Of a DNA stretch of 64,000 nucleotides, positions 10,231-19,261 are shown one piece after another; position 1 is the first letter of the stretch, and each line of letters begins with the position of its first letter. Made by a program: the position numbers and the translations under genes. The stretch spans positions 1 through 64,000 of the forward strand of contig JBDHKN010000029.1 of NCBI GenBank assembly GCA_039586365.1, in the 5' to 3' direction. Origin of the DNA: Gemmatimonadota bacterium. GTDB taxonomy: Bacteria; Gemmatimonadota; Gemmatimonadetes; Gemmatimonadales; GWC2-71-9. The notes beneath the pieces were generated by a model that did not search any database, was not told where the DNA came from, and saw only the letters and a program-made list of their open reading frames with translations.

Positions 10231-10534
10231 CGATCGTCGCGGTCGAGGGTCTGATCCAACAGCGCTTTGAGTTCCTCGTCGGAAAACCCGAGTATTCTAG
10301 ATTCTGCTACGAGCACGTCGACATACGGTTGCAACCGTCTCTTGCGCTCCTTCAAGAGCAAAGGAGAGGGGGTGAAGGTCACAAACGTCCCTCTCCCCGG
10401 ACCGCCCTCCGCCAGCCCCGCCTGCTCCAGTTCTCGATAAGCCCGCGCCACAGTGTTCGGATTCACCACCAGTTCGGACGCGAGGCTCCGGACCGTGGGT
10501 AACTGATCGCCCATTCAGGTCGGATGTGGAACAT
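10227..10534 (-). pseudogene. GntR (YtrA-like) regulator with internal deletion/frameshift near the N-terminus
   Basis: GDQLPTVRSLASELVVNPNTVARAYRELE...GRGTFV. ATG at 10534 gives MFHIRPE out of frame, and the usual PIY.QI first helix is missing. Confidence 0.75.
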
Positions 10535-10652
10535 CGATCAACGGCGCCGGGAGGGGACGCAGCAACACGAGTGGATTTTCATACGGAGAACTCTACCGCC
10601 ACCGCATGAAAGGCACCAGGCAACGGCATCCGGAAAACGTGAGGGCTTGCAT

Positions 10653-10672
10653 TGTATTAATGTAGTAATACA
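10653..10672. promoter_or_regulatory. Palindromic operator, probably GntR/YtrA-type, in the divergent promoter region
   Basis: TGTATTA-N6-TAATACA in an AT-rich patch; overlaps a possible minus-strand TTGCAT-N18-TACATT promoter. Confidence 0.7.
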
Positions 10673-10781
10673 TTTCATTCATATGCAAGGGGCGTAGACC
10701 GCGTCGAATTGGCGCCTGCACAATGGAGGCCAAGCTCCTCGAAACAGGGTTGTGGGAAGGCGAGTCTGAGCCGCCTGATAC

Positions 10782-11804
10782 TTGAAACTTGAGGAGGGCA
10801 AGTTGAACCAGCAGAACCTCAGTCGCCGCGTAGCCTGGCTTGTGGTTGCGGCCGTGGCCTTAACGGTGTGGGGAATAATCGGAATCGTACAGCGTCGGGA
10901 CCTGGGCCGCGGCGGATACTTCTACGGTCCAGACTACATAGTGAGCAGCGTAAGCCCGGAAGGGGCGGGGGCCAAAGCCGGGATTCAGGTCGGAGACCGC
11001 GTTCTGAGCGTGGGAGGGATTCCCGTCCAGGAATTGCCGATGCAATCCCGTTGGACGCAGCCGCGAGTCGGGGAGTCGCTCCTGATCGAGGTGGAGCGGA
11101 ACGGAGAGTCGGTCGCGATCGAGGTCGTTTACGGACGATCGCGGCTAGATCCGGTGGTGTCAGGTCTGAGGACTCTCATGGTGGGCCTGTCGTTCTTGGG
11201 CTTGGGACTGTGGGCGTATGTCAGGGCTCCGACTCGGCACGCATGGACAGTCGCACTGATGGGGCTGGCCATGGCTCTATCGGTGGTACGCGGGCCCCAC
11301 CTCGGCGCCTGGGACGGAGTGGCATCCCACATCAATATCGCATCCGCGGTCCTATTTGTGGCTCTACTGCTGCATTTCCTCCTCACGTTCCCGCAGGCCG
11401 GCCGTTTCGGCGGCAGCAGACAAACGGCACGGCTGATCTACGGAGTGTGGCTGCTATACGTTGCATTCCTGGTCGTGGAGTTGATCGTCCACCCGGCGCT
11501 CTACGCTGCCTACGGCTTCCTGGGCTTCATGCTTTTGCTGGCCTACGGTGTTCTCGTACTGGCGACCGCTATCCACGCCTTCGTGAAGACTCGACGGATC
11601 GAGCTTCGGGAATCGGGGTTGGGTGTGGTCCTGCTCGGCTTATTGGTCGCTATCGTGCCGAACCTGGCATATGTGGCAGTTCGGATATTTCTACCGGGGA
11701 TCACGCTGCCAGCCCCGAGCTACGTCACGGTGCTGCTGATTGCGATTCCGTTGACCCTGGTTATCGGAGTGAGGAAACAGGCATTCCAGGAAACTCAGGG
11801 ATGA
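10782..11804 (+). CDS. PDZ-domain multi-pass membrane protein
   Basis: VSPEGAGAKAGIQVGDRVLSVGG (PDZ) between an N-terminal TM and about seven further TM helices. Start uncertain. Confidence 0.8.
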   Translation: MKLEEGKLNQQNLSRRVAWLVVAAVALTVWGIIGIVQRRDLGRGGYFYGPDYIVSSVSPEGAGAKAGIQVGDRVLSVGGIPVQELPMQSRWTQPRVGESLLIEVERNGESVAIEVVYGRSRLDPVVSGLRTLMVGLSFLGLGLWAYVRAPTRHAWTVALMGLAMALSVVRGPHLGAWDGVASHINIASAVLFVALLLHFLLTFPQAGRFGGSRQTARLIYGVWLLYVAFLVVELIVHPALYAAYGFLGFMLLLAYGVLVLATAIHAFVKTRRIELRESGLGVVLLGLLVAIVPNLAYVAVRIFLPGITLPAPSYVTVLLIAIPLTLVIGVRKQAFQETQG

Positions 11805-11882
11805 AGCGGAGCGAGAGCTCCAAACAACATTCGCTACGGCAGGCGCTGCCAACGACTTCGAGATATTCATGCGGAGGACAAG

Positions 11883-12503
11883 ATGAAACGGCCTGATACT
11901 CTATCGATGGAGAGGCGGGATTTCATCGCTGGCGTTGTTCCGGCATGTGTCGGGTGTTTGGGGATTTGCGCCCCAATCACACTATCAGCTTTGAGCGAAC
12001 AGCCTGCTTTCTGCCAACAGCAGCACAAGTTCGATGAAGAGATGCCCCCGCTTACCATACGACAGTACTTCTCGAGAGTCCTGGGCTCCGGCAGTAGGGT
12101 GTTGAACGCGATACGAGCTGAGATCGGGGAAGAAGAGCTGATACGGATACTCAGGGATCACAGCTTCAACAGAGGTGTGGGTCAGGGGCAAAGCGTCGCT
12201 GAGCAGTATCCGGAGAGGGATTTCTTCTCGTACAACGAGAGATTCAGAACCGGCCAAATGTTGGGGCTGACCACCTACGAGATTCTCGAGGACTCGGAAG
12301 CCGCGTTCGAGATCAGCGTAACTGAATGCGCTCTTGTAGAGCCGCTCCTCGAGGCCGACTTGGGGAAGGTCGGGAACGCGTGGCTTTGTAATGCCGACTA
12401 CGGTCATGCCCACGGATACAATCCCAAAATCGAGCTGGTACGCGACCAGACCCTGATGCTGGGAGATTCCTGCTGCAACCACAGGTACGTGTGGACGGAT
12501 TGA
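11883..12503 (+). CDS. L-2-amino-thiazoline-4-carboxylic acid hydrolase-like (ATC_hydrolase) family protein with Tat-like signal
   Basis: VTEC...CNADY...NPKIELVRDQTLMLGDSCCNHRY; N-terminal ERRDFI; RBS GGAGG. Confidence 0.75.
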   Translation: MKRPDTLSMERRDFIAGVVPACVGCLGICAPITLSALSEQPAFCQQQHKFDEEMPPLTIRQYFSRVLGSGSRVLNAIRAEIGEEELIRILRDHSFNRGVGQGQSVAEQYPERDFFSYNERFRTGQMLGLTTYEILEDSEAAFEISVTECALVEPLLEADLGKVGNAWLCNADYGHAHGYNPKIELVRDQTLMLGDSCCNHRYVWTD

Positions 12504-12521
12504 AGGTTCAAGGAGCACACA

Positions 12522-14930
12522 GTGGACGCCTTTCTGAGGGAGTTGCGATACTCGGTCCGTAGTCTCTCGAGGATCCCGGTACTCACGGCCACGATCGTGA
12601 TCACGGTTGGACTCGGGATTGGAGCCACAACGGCAATCTTTTGCGTGATCTACTCCGTGCTGCTCCGGGATCTGCCGTATCCGAATGCGCACGAGCTGTA
12701 CCGCGTGTACACTGACTCCCGGCCCAATCAACGACCGCTGTCGGTCGCAGACTACGTCGCGCTCGACGAGCAGAAGACACAGTTCCAGAGCGTTGCCGGA
12801 TACGTCAATACCGCGCGGACGTTCAGCCAAGACGGCGAGGCAGTGATTGTGCGCGGCAGGTTTGTAACATGGACCTACTTCTCGTTGCTTGGCATCACGC
12901 CTGCTCGTGGCAGAGTCTTTTACCAGTCGGACGGCGGAGACGCATCATTGGGACAGGTAGTGATAAGCCACGATTTCTGGGTACGGCACCTGGGTAGCAG
13001 AGATGAAGCAGTGGGCCAGACGATCAAGCTGGATGGGATGGACTACGTAGTTGTGGGTGTACTGTCGCCGCATGTTGGCCCCCTCGAAGTGGGCCGCGAC
13101 TTCTTCGGTGCCCTGCCAATCATGGAACCCACGAGCAAGGGCCCTTTCATTGTCACCACGATTGCCCGTCTTTCTCCGGATTCTGATCCCTCGGTTGCCG
13201 CAGAAGAACTCAAGACCATATGCCGGCGCATTTTCCCGATCTGGCAGGCGTCGTGGCAAGAAGAGAGTGTGCTGTGGGGAATGACGGAACTCAAAGATTC
13301 CGTGGTCGGAGACATTGGACCCACCTTGCTTCTGGTTTTTGGTGCCGTCGGATTCGTACTCCTGATCGCATCCGCCAATTCGTCAAACCTCCTCCTTGCG
13401 CGCGCGACAGAGCGGAGTCGCGAACTCGCTGTCCGTGCCGCTCTGGGTGCGTCACGCCGGCGGTTGATGCTGCACACCCTGTCGGAAAGCGCTTTCCTCG
13501 CCCTTTGTGGTGCTCTTGTCGGTTTGATTCTCACCGATGTTGGAATACGACTGCTCGTGGTTTTTGGCGCAGATTACCTGCCACGCACGCAGGAAGTTCG
13601 GATCGACGGGAATGTACTCCTCTTCCTTGTCACACTGACGGCGGGGAGCAGTCTCCTGTTCGGTTTGATACCGTCGCTGTTTGCCGCCAAAGCGCGCGTC
13701 GAGGAAGCCTTCCGTTCCGGTGGGCGGTCGGTAGCAGGCTCGGTGCGATCTCGGCGCTTCCAGCGGGTTCTTGTAGTGGCACAGTTCGCGATAGCTTTGC
13801 CTCTGCTGATCGGCGCGGGCCTGTTGCTGGCAAGCCTGGTACGACTGCATGCGGTGAGTCCCGGGATCGACACCGATCGTATCCTCTCTCTGTCGATGTC
13901 GTTGCCGTTTGGCGACTATCCGGACAGGAGTAGGGTGCAGACCTTTTGGAATGAGGCGCTCACACGTGTACGGGCTTTGCCCGGCGTGCAAGCAGCCTCA
14001 CTCGCCACTGCCCGTCCGCCGAACAGCATGCCTGGCAGTATCAACTACGACCTCGAAGATGAAACAGCTTCGCCGGGGCAGGGCCTGCCAAGCACCCCTT
14101 GGATTGCGGTGATGCCGGACTACTTCGACGACCTCGACATCCCGTTGATTCATGGTCGGCTGCTAAACGAGCACGATATGAATCCGACGCCGTTAGCAGC
14201 TGTAGTCGATCAGTCTTGGGCGAAACGGTTCTTCCCGGGTGAGACCGCGGTTGGCAGAAGGTTCAAGCGTGATGGGTGTACCGACTGTCCCTGGACGACG
14301 GTGGTTGGCGTTGTAGGTGATGTGAAGTACTCCGGCCTCGATGCTCCGGCAGAGGGAGTCGTGTACCGATCGATCCTGGCCGGTACGTTCCGGTACCGGT
14401 TTCTCCTGGTCCGAACCGCCGGGGACCCGATGACGGTCTTGCCGTCGGTCAGAAACATCCTACGCGGGCTCGATCCGGCCGTTCCAATCACTCAAGTCGC
14501 AACGCTGGACGAACTCATGTGGACATCATTGGACGAGCCACGGTACCTGGCGTTGCTGGTCGGAGCCTTCGCCGTCGTATCAATGGCGCTGTCTATCGTT
14601 GGTATCTATGGGGTGATGTCGCATTTTGTGCAGCGTCACAAAAAGGAAATTGGAATTCGGATGGCGTTGGGTGGAGGACCCACCAGAGTACTGCGTGCCG
14701 TTGTCGGCCAGGGCATGCGATTGGTTTGCGCCGGTGTCGTGTTGGGAGTGATTGGCGCGTTGTTCCTTACGAGGGCTTTGTCCAGCCTGCTCTTCGAAGT
14801 GGGCACTGCCGATCTACGCACCTTTGTGACTGTGACCTCCGTTCTGCTGCTGGTGGCTCTGGTGGCATGCGTGCTGCCGGCGCGGCGAGCCGCAGCCGTC
14901 GATCCGGTCAGGACGCTGCGGGTGGAGTAG
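12522..14930 (+). CDS. ADOP-family duplicated MacB/FtsX ABC permease
   Basis: ELRYSVRSL, LGIGATTAIF, LLLARATERSRELAVRAALGA, EIGIRMALG, PARRAAAVDP. Confidence 0.92.
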   Translation: MDAFLRELRYSVRSLSRIPVLTATIVITVGLGIGATTAIFCVIYSVLLRDLPYPNAHELYRVYTDSRPNQRPLSVADYVALDEQKTQFQSVAGYVNTARTFSQDGEAVIVRGRFVTWTYFSLLGITPARGRVFYQSDGGDASLGQVVISHDFWVRHLGSRDEAVGQTIKLDGMDYVVVGVLSPHVGPLEVGRDFFGALPIMEPTSKGPFIVTTIARLSPDSDPSVAAEELKTICRRIFPIWQASWQEESVLWGMTELKDSVVGDIGPTLLLVFGAVGFVLLIASANSSNLLLARATERSRELAVRAALGASRRRLMLHTLSESAFLALCGALVGLILTDVGIRLLVVFGADYLPRTQEVRIDGNVLLFLVTLTAGSSLLFGLIPSLFAAKARVEEAFRSGGRSVAGSVRSRRFQRVLVVAQFAIALPLLIGAGLLLASLVRLHAVSPGIDTDRILSLSMSLPFGDYPDRSRVQTFWNEALTRVRALPGVQAASLATARPPNSMPGSINYDLEDETASPGQGLPSTPWIAVMPDYFDDLDIPLIHGRLLNEHDMNPTPLAAVVDQSWAKRFFPGETAVGRRFKRDGCTDCPWTTVVGVVGDVKYSGLDAPAEGVVYRSILAGTFRYRFLLVRTAGDPMTVLPSVRNILRGLDPAVPITQVATLDELMWTSLDEPRYLALLVGAFAVVSMALSIVGIYGVMSHFVQRHKKEIGIRMALGGGPTRVLRAVVGQGMRLVCAGVVLGVIGALFLTRALSSLLFEVGTADLRTFVTVTSVLLLVALVACVLPARRAAAVDPVRTLRVE

Positions 14931-14959
14931 GCAACGACACTGCCAGCCGACTGCTTTGA

Positions 14960-15165
14960 GGTATTGTCGAGTTGAGCTGCGAGCTGCCAGACTTTGGTGA
15001 TGAACAGCAACGTGAGTCGTTACCACAGGCACACGTTTCCACCCCAGATCTCAGTCACGCGGTTTGGCTGTATCACAGATTCTCACTGAGCTTTCGAGAC
15101 ATCGAGGGCCTTCTTGCGGAACGCGGAGTTATCGCCTTCCACGAGACGGTTCGGCAGTGCGGCCC
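14960..15165 (+). mobile_element. IS6-family left-end and transposase 5' fragment (frameshifted, truncated)
   Basis: ATG 15000: MNSNVSRYHRHTFPPQI / SHAVWLYHRFSLSFRDIEGLLAERG..HETVR; candidate IR GGTATTGTCGAGTT at 14960. Confidence 0.8.
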
Positions 15166-15268
15166 GGCCTTTCAAATGGCAAGAGCGAATGGCAAGGTCC
15201 ACGTAGGCAAATGACGACGGGTCGTGCGGATATCTCTGACGTCTCGCTATCTTGTCGCCATTTCCTGC

Positions 15269-15418
15269 TCACCCGACTAGCTTGCCAGGCGCGACCTCGC
15301 GGCCGAGTTTCTGGTCGGCGGCAAGGAAGACCACCGCCATCCCACCGCTACCGATCTCCCGCTCAAGAGTGTAGAGGTCGGCAAGTGCCTTCTTCAGACG
15401 CTCTAGGAGGTCAGTCAC
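15269..15418 (-). pseudogene. Ser/Thr kinase 5' fragment (about 43 codons of homology)
   Basis: VTDLLERLKKALADLYTLEREIGSGGMAVVFLAADQKLGREVA, then homology is lost. Confidence 0.85.
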
Positions 15419-15490
15419 GCGCCGAGTCTCCCAGCCAGAGGTGCCGCTAAGGTACGAGTCACGCAGCGGGCCGGCCAGGGTGCGTCGTTC

Positions 15491-15636
15491 TGCAAACCAT
15501 CTGCAAACCAACAGGACGGGGCAGAACGGGACGGGATGGGACGAAGGAGGCGCTAAGTCGGTACAGCACGGGACAGAAAGGTGCAGGAAGGGACAGAAGG
15601 GGATGACGGGCACCAAACTCCAGAACCGAGGGTTGC
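15491..15636 (+). repeat. att-like repeat copy C with degenerate tRNA-Trp fragment
   Basis: TGCAAACCATCTGCAAACCAACAGGACGGG...GCTAAGTCGGTACAG...GGGCACCAAACTCCAGAACCGAGGGTTGC. Confidence 0.85.
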
Positions 15637-15815
15637 GGAGCTGGCGACACTCGATCCGCTCCCCTCCTGGCTCGAGGTGCATGGGTCCGTATGAAGGAGG
15701 GAGATGCGAGGCACCAGTAGGAGCCGGCCGTGGCGTCGGCAACGATCGCGACCGTGTGGCAATGGCTCGAACGGTACCGTATCACGGTGACCAGTCTTGG
15801 CTTAAGGTCGCTGTG

Positions 15816-18485
15816 TCAATCTCCTCTCAGAGCTACCATCGGATCCACCTGCGTCGCCCTTCGCGCCGGCATGTAGCTCGCAAGCAAAGCGACCGCGATG
15901 AGAGTAGCCGGGACACCGAGGAACACGGTCGTATCGGTGGTTGAGACGCCGAAGAGATAGCTCGACAGGACGCGCGTCGCCGCCCAAGCGCCGCCTAGCC
16001 CGAGCAGCACGCCTACGGAGACCAAGAACAGCCCGCGCCCCACGATCGCCCGCGATACCACCAAAACCGGCGCACCCAGCGCGATCTTGATTCCGATCTC
16101 GTGAGTGCTGCGCGCCACAGTGTACGCCATTACACCGTAGAGACCCACGGCTCCCAGCACCAATGCCAGCAGCGCAAACCCGGTCAGCAGCTGTGTGAAG
16201 GAGCGTGACTCGGCCATCGTTCTGTTCACCACCTCGTCCATTGTGCGCACACGCGATATCGGAACGTCTCCGTCCACCGACCAGACGGCACGCTTGACCG
16301 CGTCGATCATGTCTGTACTGGGACCGGCGGTGCGCACCAACAAGTACATCCGCGAGGAACTCCACTGCTGGTATGGGAAGAACATCTCAGGTCTGGCATC
16401 GACGTCGAGCTGATACTGTCGTATGTCACCAACGACACCGACGACCGTGAAATAGGTATCGCCCGTAAATCCGCCCACTCGCTTGCCTAGCGGATTGCCA
16501 TCCGGCGCTACCTGACGTGCCATCGATTCGTTGATGATCATCACCGGTTCACCATCCGCCCTATCCGCGGCGTCGAACTCGCGGCCCTGCAACAATGGGA
16601 TGCGCATGGTGCGGAAGTAGCCCGGTGTGGCCGAGCTCGCGTTGGCCCGGGGCATCGGAGTGCCCTCAGGCCGCTGCTCGTCCTGGATATCCCAGAGCAT
16701 GCCGGAGGTAGAACCCGTCATCGGTAGATAGTTCACCATCCCCAGCCCCACCACACCCGGCACCGCGTCGACCGATTCACCAACTTGCGCATAGTAGGCG
16801 CGTAGATCCGACGACACGCGATATCTGAGGGACGGTGGGGAGACGCGCAGCGTCAGCAGCTGTTCGTGATCGAAGCCGGGATCGACCCGCTGCAACAGCA
16901 ACGCGCTCTTCATCATCAACCCCGCCCCGATGACCAGAACGACAGCAAGCGCGGTTTCAGCCACGACGAGTGTCATGCGCAGGCGCTGCGATCCAGCGGC
17001 GGTCATGTGTCTGGTTCCCTCTTTCAGTGAGTTCCCCACTTCGTTGGTGGTTGTGCGGACCGCAGGCAGGAGCCCGAACAGCAGACTGGCCAGGAGCGTG
17101 ATACCCAACGTGAAAAGGAGTACACGAACGTCGATCCCTACAGCATCAGCTAGGGGCAGCTCGACGGGCATGTTGCCCGTGACAAGCGAGACCGTCCAGG
17201 CCGCTCCCACGAATCCAACCGCCCCACCCAACAACCCTAGCAAGGTGGTTTCCGTAAGCAGTTGTCGCATGACTCGCCAGCGACTCGCCCCCAGCGCCAC
17301 GCGAACGGCGAGTTCTCGCTGCCGCCCAGCGCCCCTTGCAAGCAACAGGTTGGCCACATTGGTACACGCCACGAGAAGCACCAGTCCGACTGCAGCAAAG
17401 AGCAACAGCAAGCGTGGCCTGACGCCACCCACCAACGCGTCATGGACCGATACGACCCCGGAGGCCTGGACCAGGTATTCCGGGATCCACGTATTGTCCG
17501 AATGAAACTCTAGTGCGAGCGAGTGCACCTCTGTGTTTGCGGCTTCCAACGTCACTCCCGGCGCCAGCCTTCCGATGACACGGCAGCTGGCCCTGCCTGC
17601 ATAGTCCGGGAAGTCCGCGGGATCCACCTCCATAGGCACCCACACACTCCAGGTCGACTCCAAAGGATGGTAGTCGGCTGGCATCACCCCTATGACGATG
17701 CGGGATTCCTTGCCCCCGCCACCCAAGGTGATCGACTTGCCGACTATCCCCGGATCGGATCCGAAACGGCGCGTCCACAAGCGGTGGCTCAACAGTACCA
17801 CGTTCCCGCCACCCGGCATCTCCTCTTCAGCAGTGAACGGTCTCCCCAGGACGGGTTGTGATCCCATGACCGTGAAGTGATTGACGGAGACCACTGCGCC
17901 AATCAGCTCTTCGGGCTCGCCTTCGCCGGTGAGAGAGAACGTTTCCGTCGCGGTCGCCGAAAGACCCGAGAATGAGCGTGTCCGTTCTTCGAACCGGTCC
18001 ACCAGACTCTTGTTGAAGGTCAACTGCGGCCACACGCGTACGATCCTGTCGGGCTCGTGATAAGACAGCGGTTTCAGCAGCACTCCATCGATCACACTGA
18101 AGATCGCCGAGTTTGCGCCCACACCGAGCGCAATGGTGATTACGGCCACCGCGGTGTATCCGCGGGCCCGAGCTAACACACGTGTCGCGTAGCGGAAGTC
18201 GCCCAGGAACGAGTGCAGACTCCTGATCCTCTTTGACGTCGTGGTTGGACTGTCATTACGCAGCCCACGCGTTTCCCATCTCAGCCGGAATGACTGCAGC
18301 GAAAGAGCCTCACGCCACAATTGACTTCGTGCGAACGCGGTCCCGCGGTCGCGTACATCGCGGTCATAGGCCTCGCGAACGTCTCCCAGGACCTGATCAC
18401 GATACTCACGCGGCAGCATCAGCCTGAGCAGTAGCGTTGGGATCAGGGGCAAGGAGCGAGTCTCTTCTCCCGGTACGTCGCTCAT
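15816..18485 (-). CDS. ADOP-family duplicated ABC permease with N-terminal prefix domain
   Basis: DQVLGDVRE prefix, DFRYATRVL, LGVGANSAIFS, NVANLLLAR, PARRATQVDPMVALR. Confidence 0.92.
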   Translation of the reverse strand: MSDVPGEETRSLPLIPTLLLRLMLPREYRDQVLGDVREAYDRDVRDRGTAFARSQLWREALSLQSFRLRWETRGLRNDSPTTTSKRIRSLHSFLGDFRYATRVLARARGYTAVAVITIALGVGANSAIFSVIDGVLLKPLSYHEPDRIVRVWPQLTFNKSLVDRFEERTRSFSGLSATATETFSLTGEGEPEELIGAVVSVNHFTVMGSQPVLGRPFTAEEEMPGGGNVVLLSHRLWTRRFGSDPGIVGKSITLGGGGKESRIVIGVMPADYHPLESTWSVWVPMEVDPADFPDYAGRASCRVIGRLAPGVTLEAANTEVHSLALEFHSDNTWIPEYLVQASGVVSVHDALVGGVRPRLLLLFAAVGLVLLVACTNVANLLLARGAGRQRELAVRVALGASRWRVMRQLLTETTLLGLLGGAVGFVGAAWTVSLVTGNMPVELPLADAVGIDVRVLLFTLGITLLASLLFGLLPAVRTTTNEVGNSLKEGTRHMTAAGSQRLRMTLVVAETALAVVLVIGAGLMMKSALLLQRVDPGFDHEQLLTLRVSPPSLRYRVSSDLRAYYAQVGESVDAVPGVVGLGMVNYLPMTGSTSGMLWDIQDEQRPEGTPMPRANASSATPGYFRTMRIPLLQGREFDAADRADGEPVMIINESMARQVAPDGNPLGKRVGGFTGDTYFTVVGVVGDIRQYQLDVDARPEMFFPYQQWSSSRMYLLVRTAGPSTDMIDAVKRAVWSVDGDVPISRVRTMDEVVNRTMAESRSFTQLLTGFALLALVLGAVGLYGVMAYTVARSTHEIGIKIALGAPVLVVSRAIVGRGLFLVSVGVLLGLGGAWAATRVLSSYLFGVSTTDTTVFLGVPATLIAVALLASYMPARRATQVDPMVALRGD

Positions 18486-18820
18486 GACGCCACCTCCGTT
18501 TCAGACGCCGCGCCAAACCCTTCCCACATCCTCTCCATCCGGCGCCGAGATTCCTCCAGCTCCGTGATCCCCTTTTTCTTCACGGTGAAGTACCGCTTCG
18601 CCTTGCCTCCCCTGACAGGCGTGGGGTCCGCGAGGAAAGACGACACGTAGCCCTTCTTCTCGAGCCGAACCAGCGTAACGTAGATGGCGCTCACCGACAG
18701 GCGACGGCCAGTTCGCTCGAGTATTTCCTGTCTGATGGTGGTGCCGTGAGCGTTCTTCCCCAACCGCCAAACAGCCAACAGCATCAGACGCTCGGCTTCA
18801 CCTAGGTGGGTGCCTTTCAT
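18482..18820 (-). CDS. PadR-family transcriptional regulator
   Basis: LGEAERLMLLAV...AIYVTLVRLEKKGYV...RGGKAKRYF; ATGA overlap with the ADOP gene. Confidence 0.92.
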   Translation of the reverse strand: MKGTHLGEAERLMLLAVWRLGKNAHGTTIRQEILERTGRRLSVSAIYVTLVRLEKKGYVSSFLADPTPVRGGKAKRYFTVKKKGITELEESRRRMERMWEGFGAASETEVAS

Positions 18821-18847
18821 GGAGGAGTTCCTGTAGATTTAAACAAC

Positions 18848-18876
18848 AAAATAAATATAATAACTGGTGTGTGCAA
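18848..18876 (-). promoter_or_regulatory. Putative sigma70-type promoter of the padR-ADOP operon
   Basis: TTGCAC-N17-TATTTT in an AT-rich patch upstream of padR. Confidence 0.45.
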
Positions 18877-19014
18877 GGACGAAGACCAGAGGCGCGCTGC
18901 AGCGACTAGCCAACGACGAATGATGGAGAGGCCATGGTCCATTCAGGCGTCTCCTCAGGAGCACCCCGGGTGCCGAGCCGGAGGCGATAGTGCCCGGCGT
19001 CCAGGAGCCAGGTA

Positions 19015-19200
19015 GATGCTGACGAGTTGCCGGAGTTCTTGCGTCGTGGTGGCTTGCGTGCGGTGTATCACGGACGTTCCCATCGAGCCACTCTGAAGGA
19101 ACTCACCCGAGCGTACCAGAACCTGGTGGAGGATTCGACGCGGGTGATGCAGCGGCTGAAGGCGTTGTTCCGTGCCCGTGGCACCAAGGCGCCCGGTCGT
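19015..19200 (+). mobile_element. IS110-family transposase internal fragment
   Basis: DADELPEFLRRGGLRAVYHG...LKELTRAYQNLVEDSTRVMQRLKALFRARG. Confidence 0.7.
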
Positions 19201-19261
19201 CTTCGCTATCGCTCAGAGATCGCCACCGATCCTGCCCTACAGGTGACGCCGGTCTTCGCTC

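Noticed and set aside
12522..18485. Two ABC permeases without a cognate ATPase as a novelty
   Set aside because: Orphan duplicated permeases paired with PadR are the known ADOP pattern.
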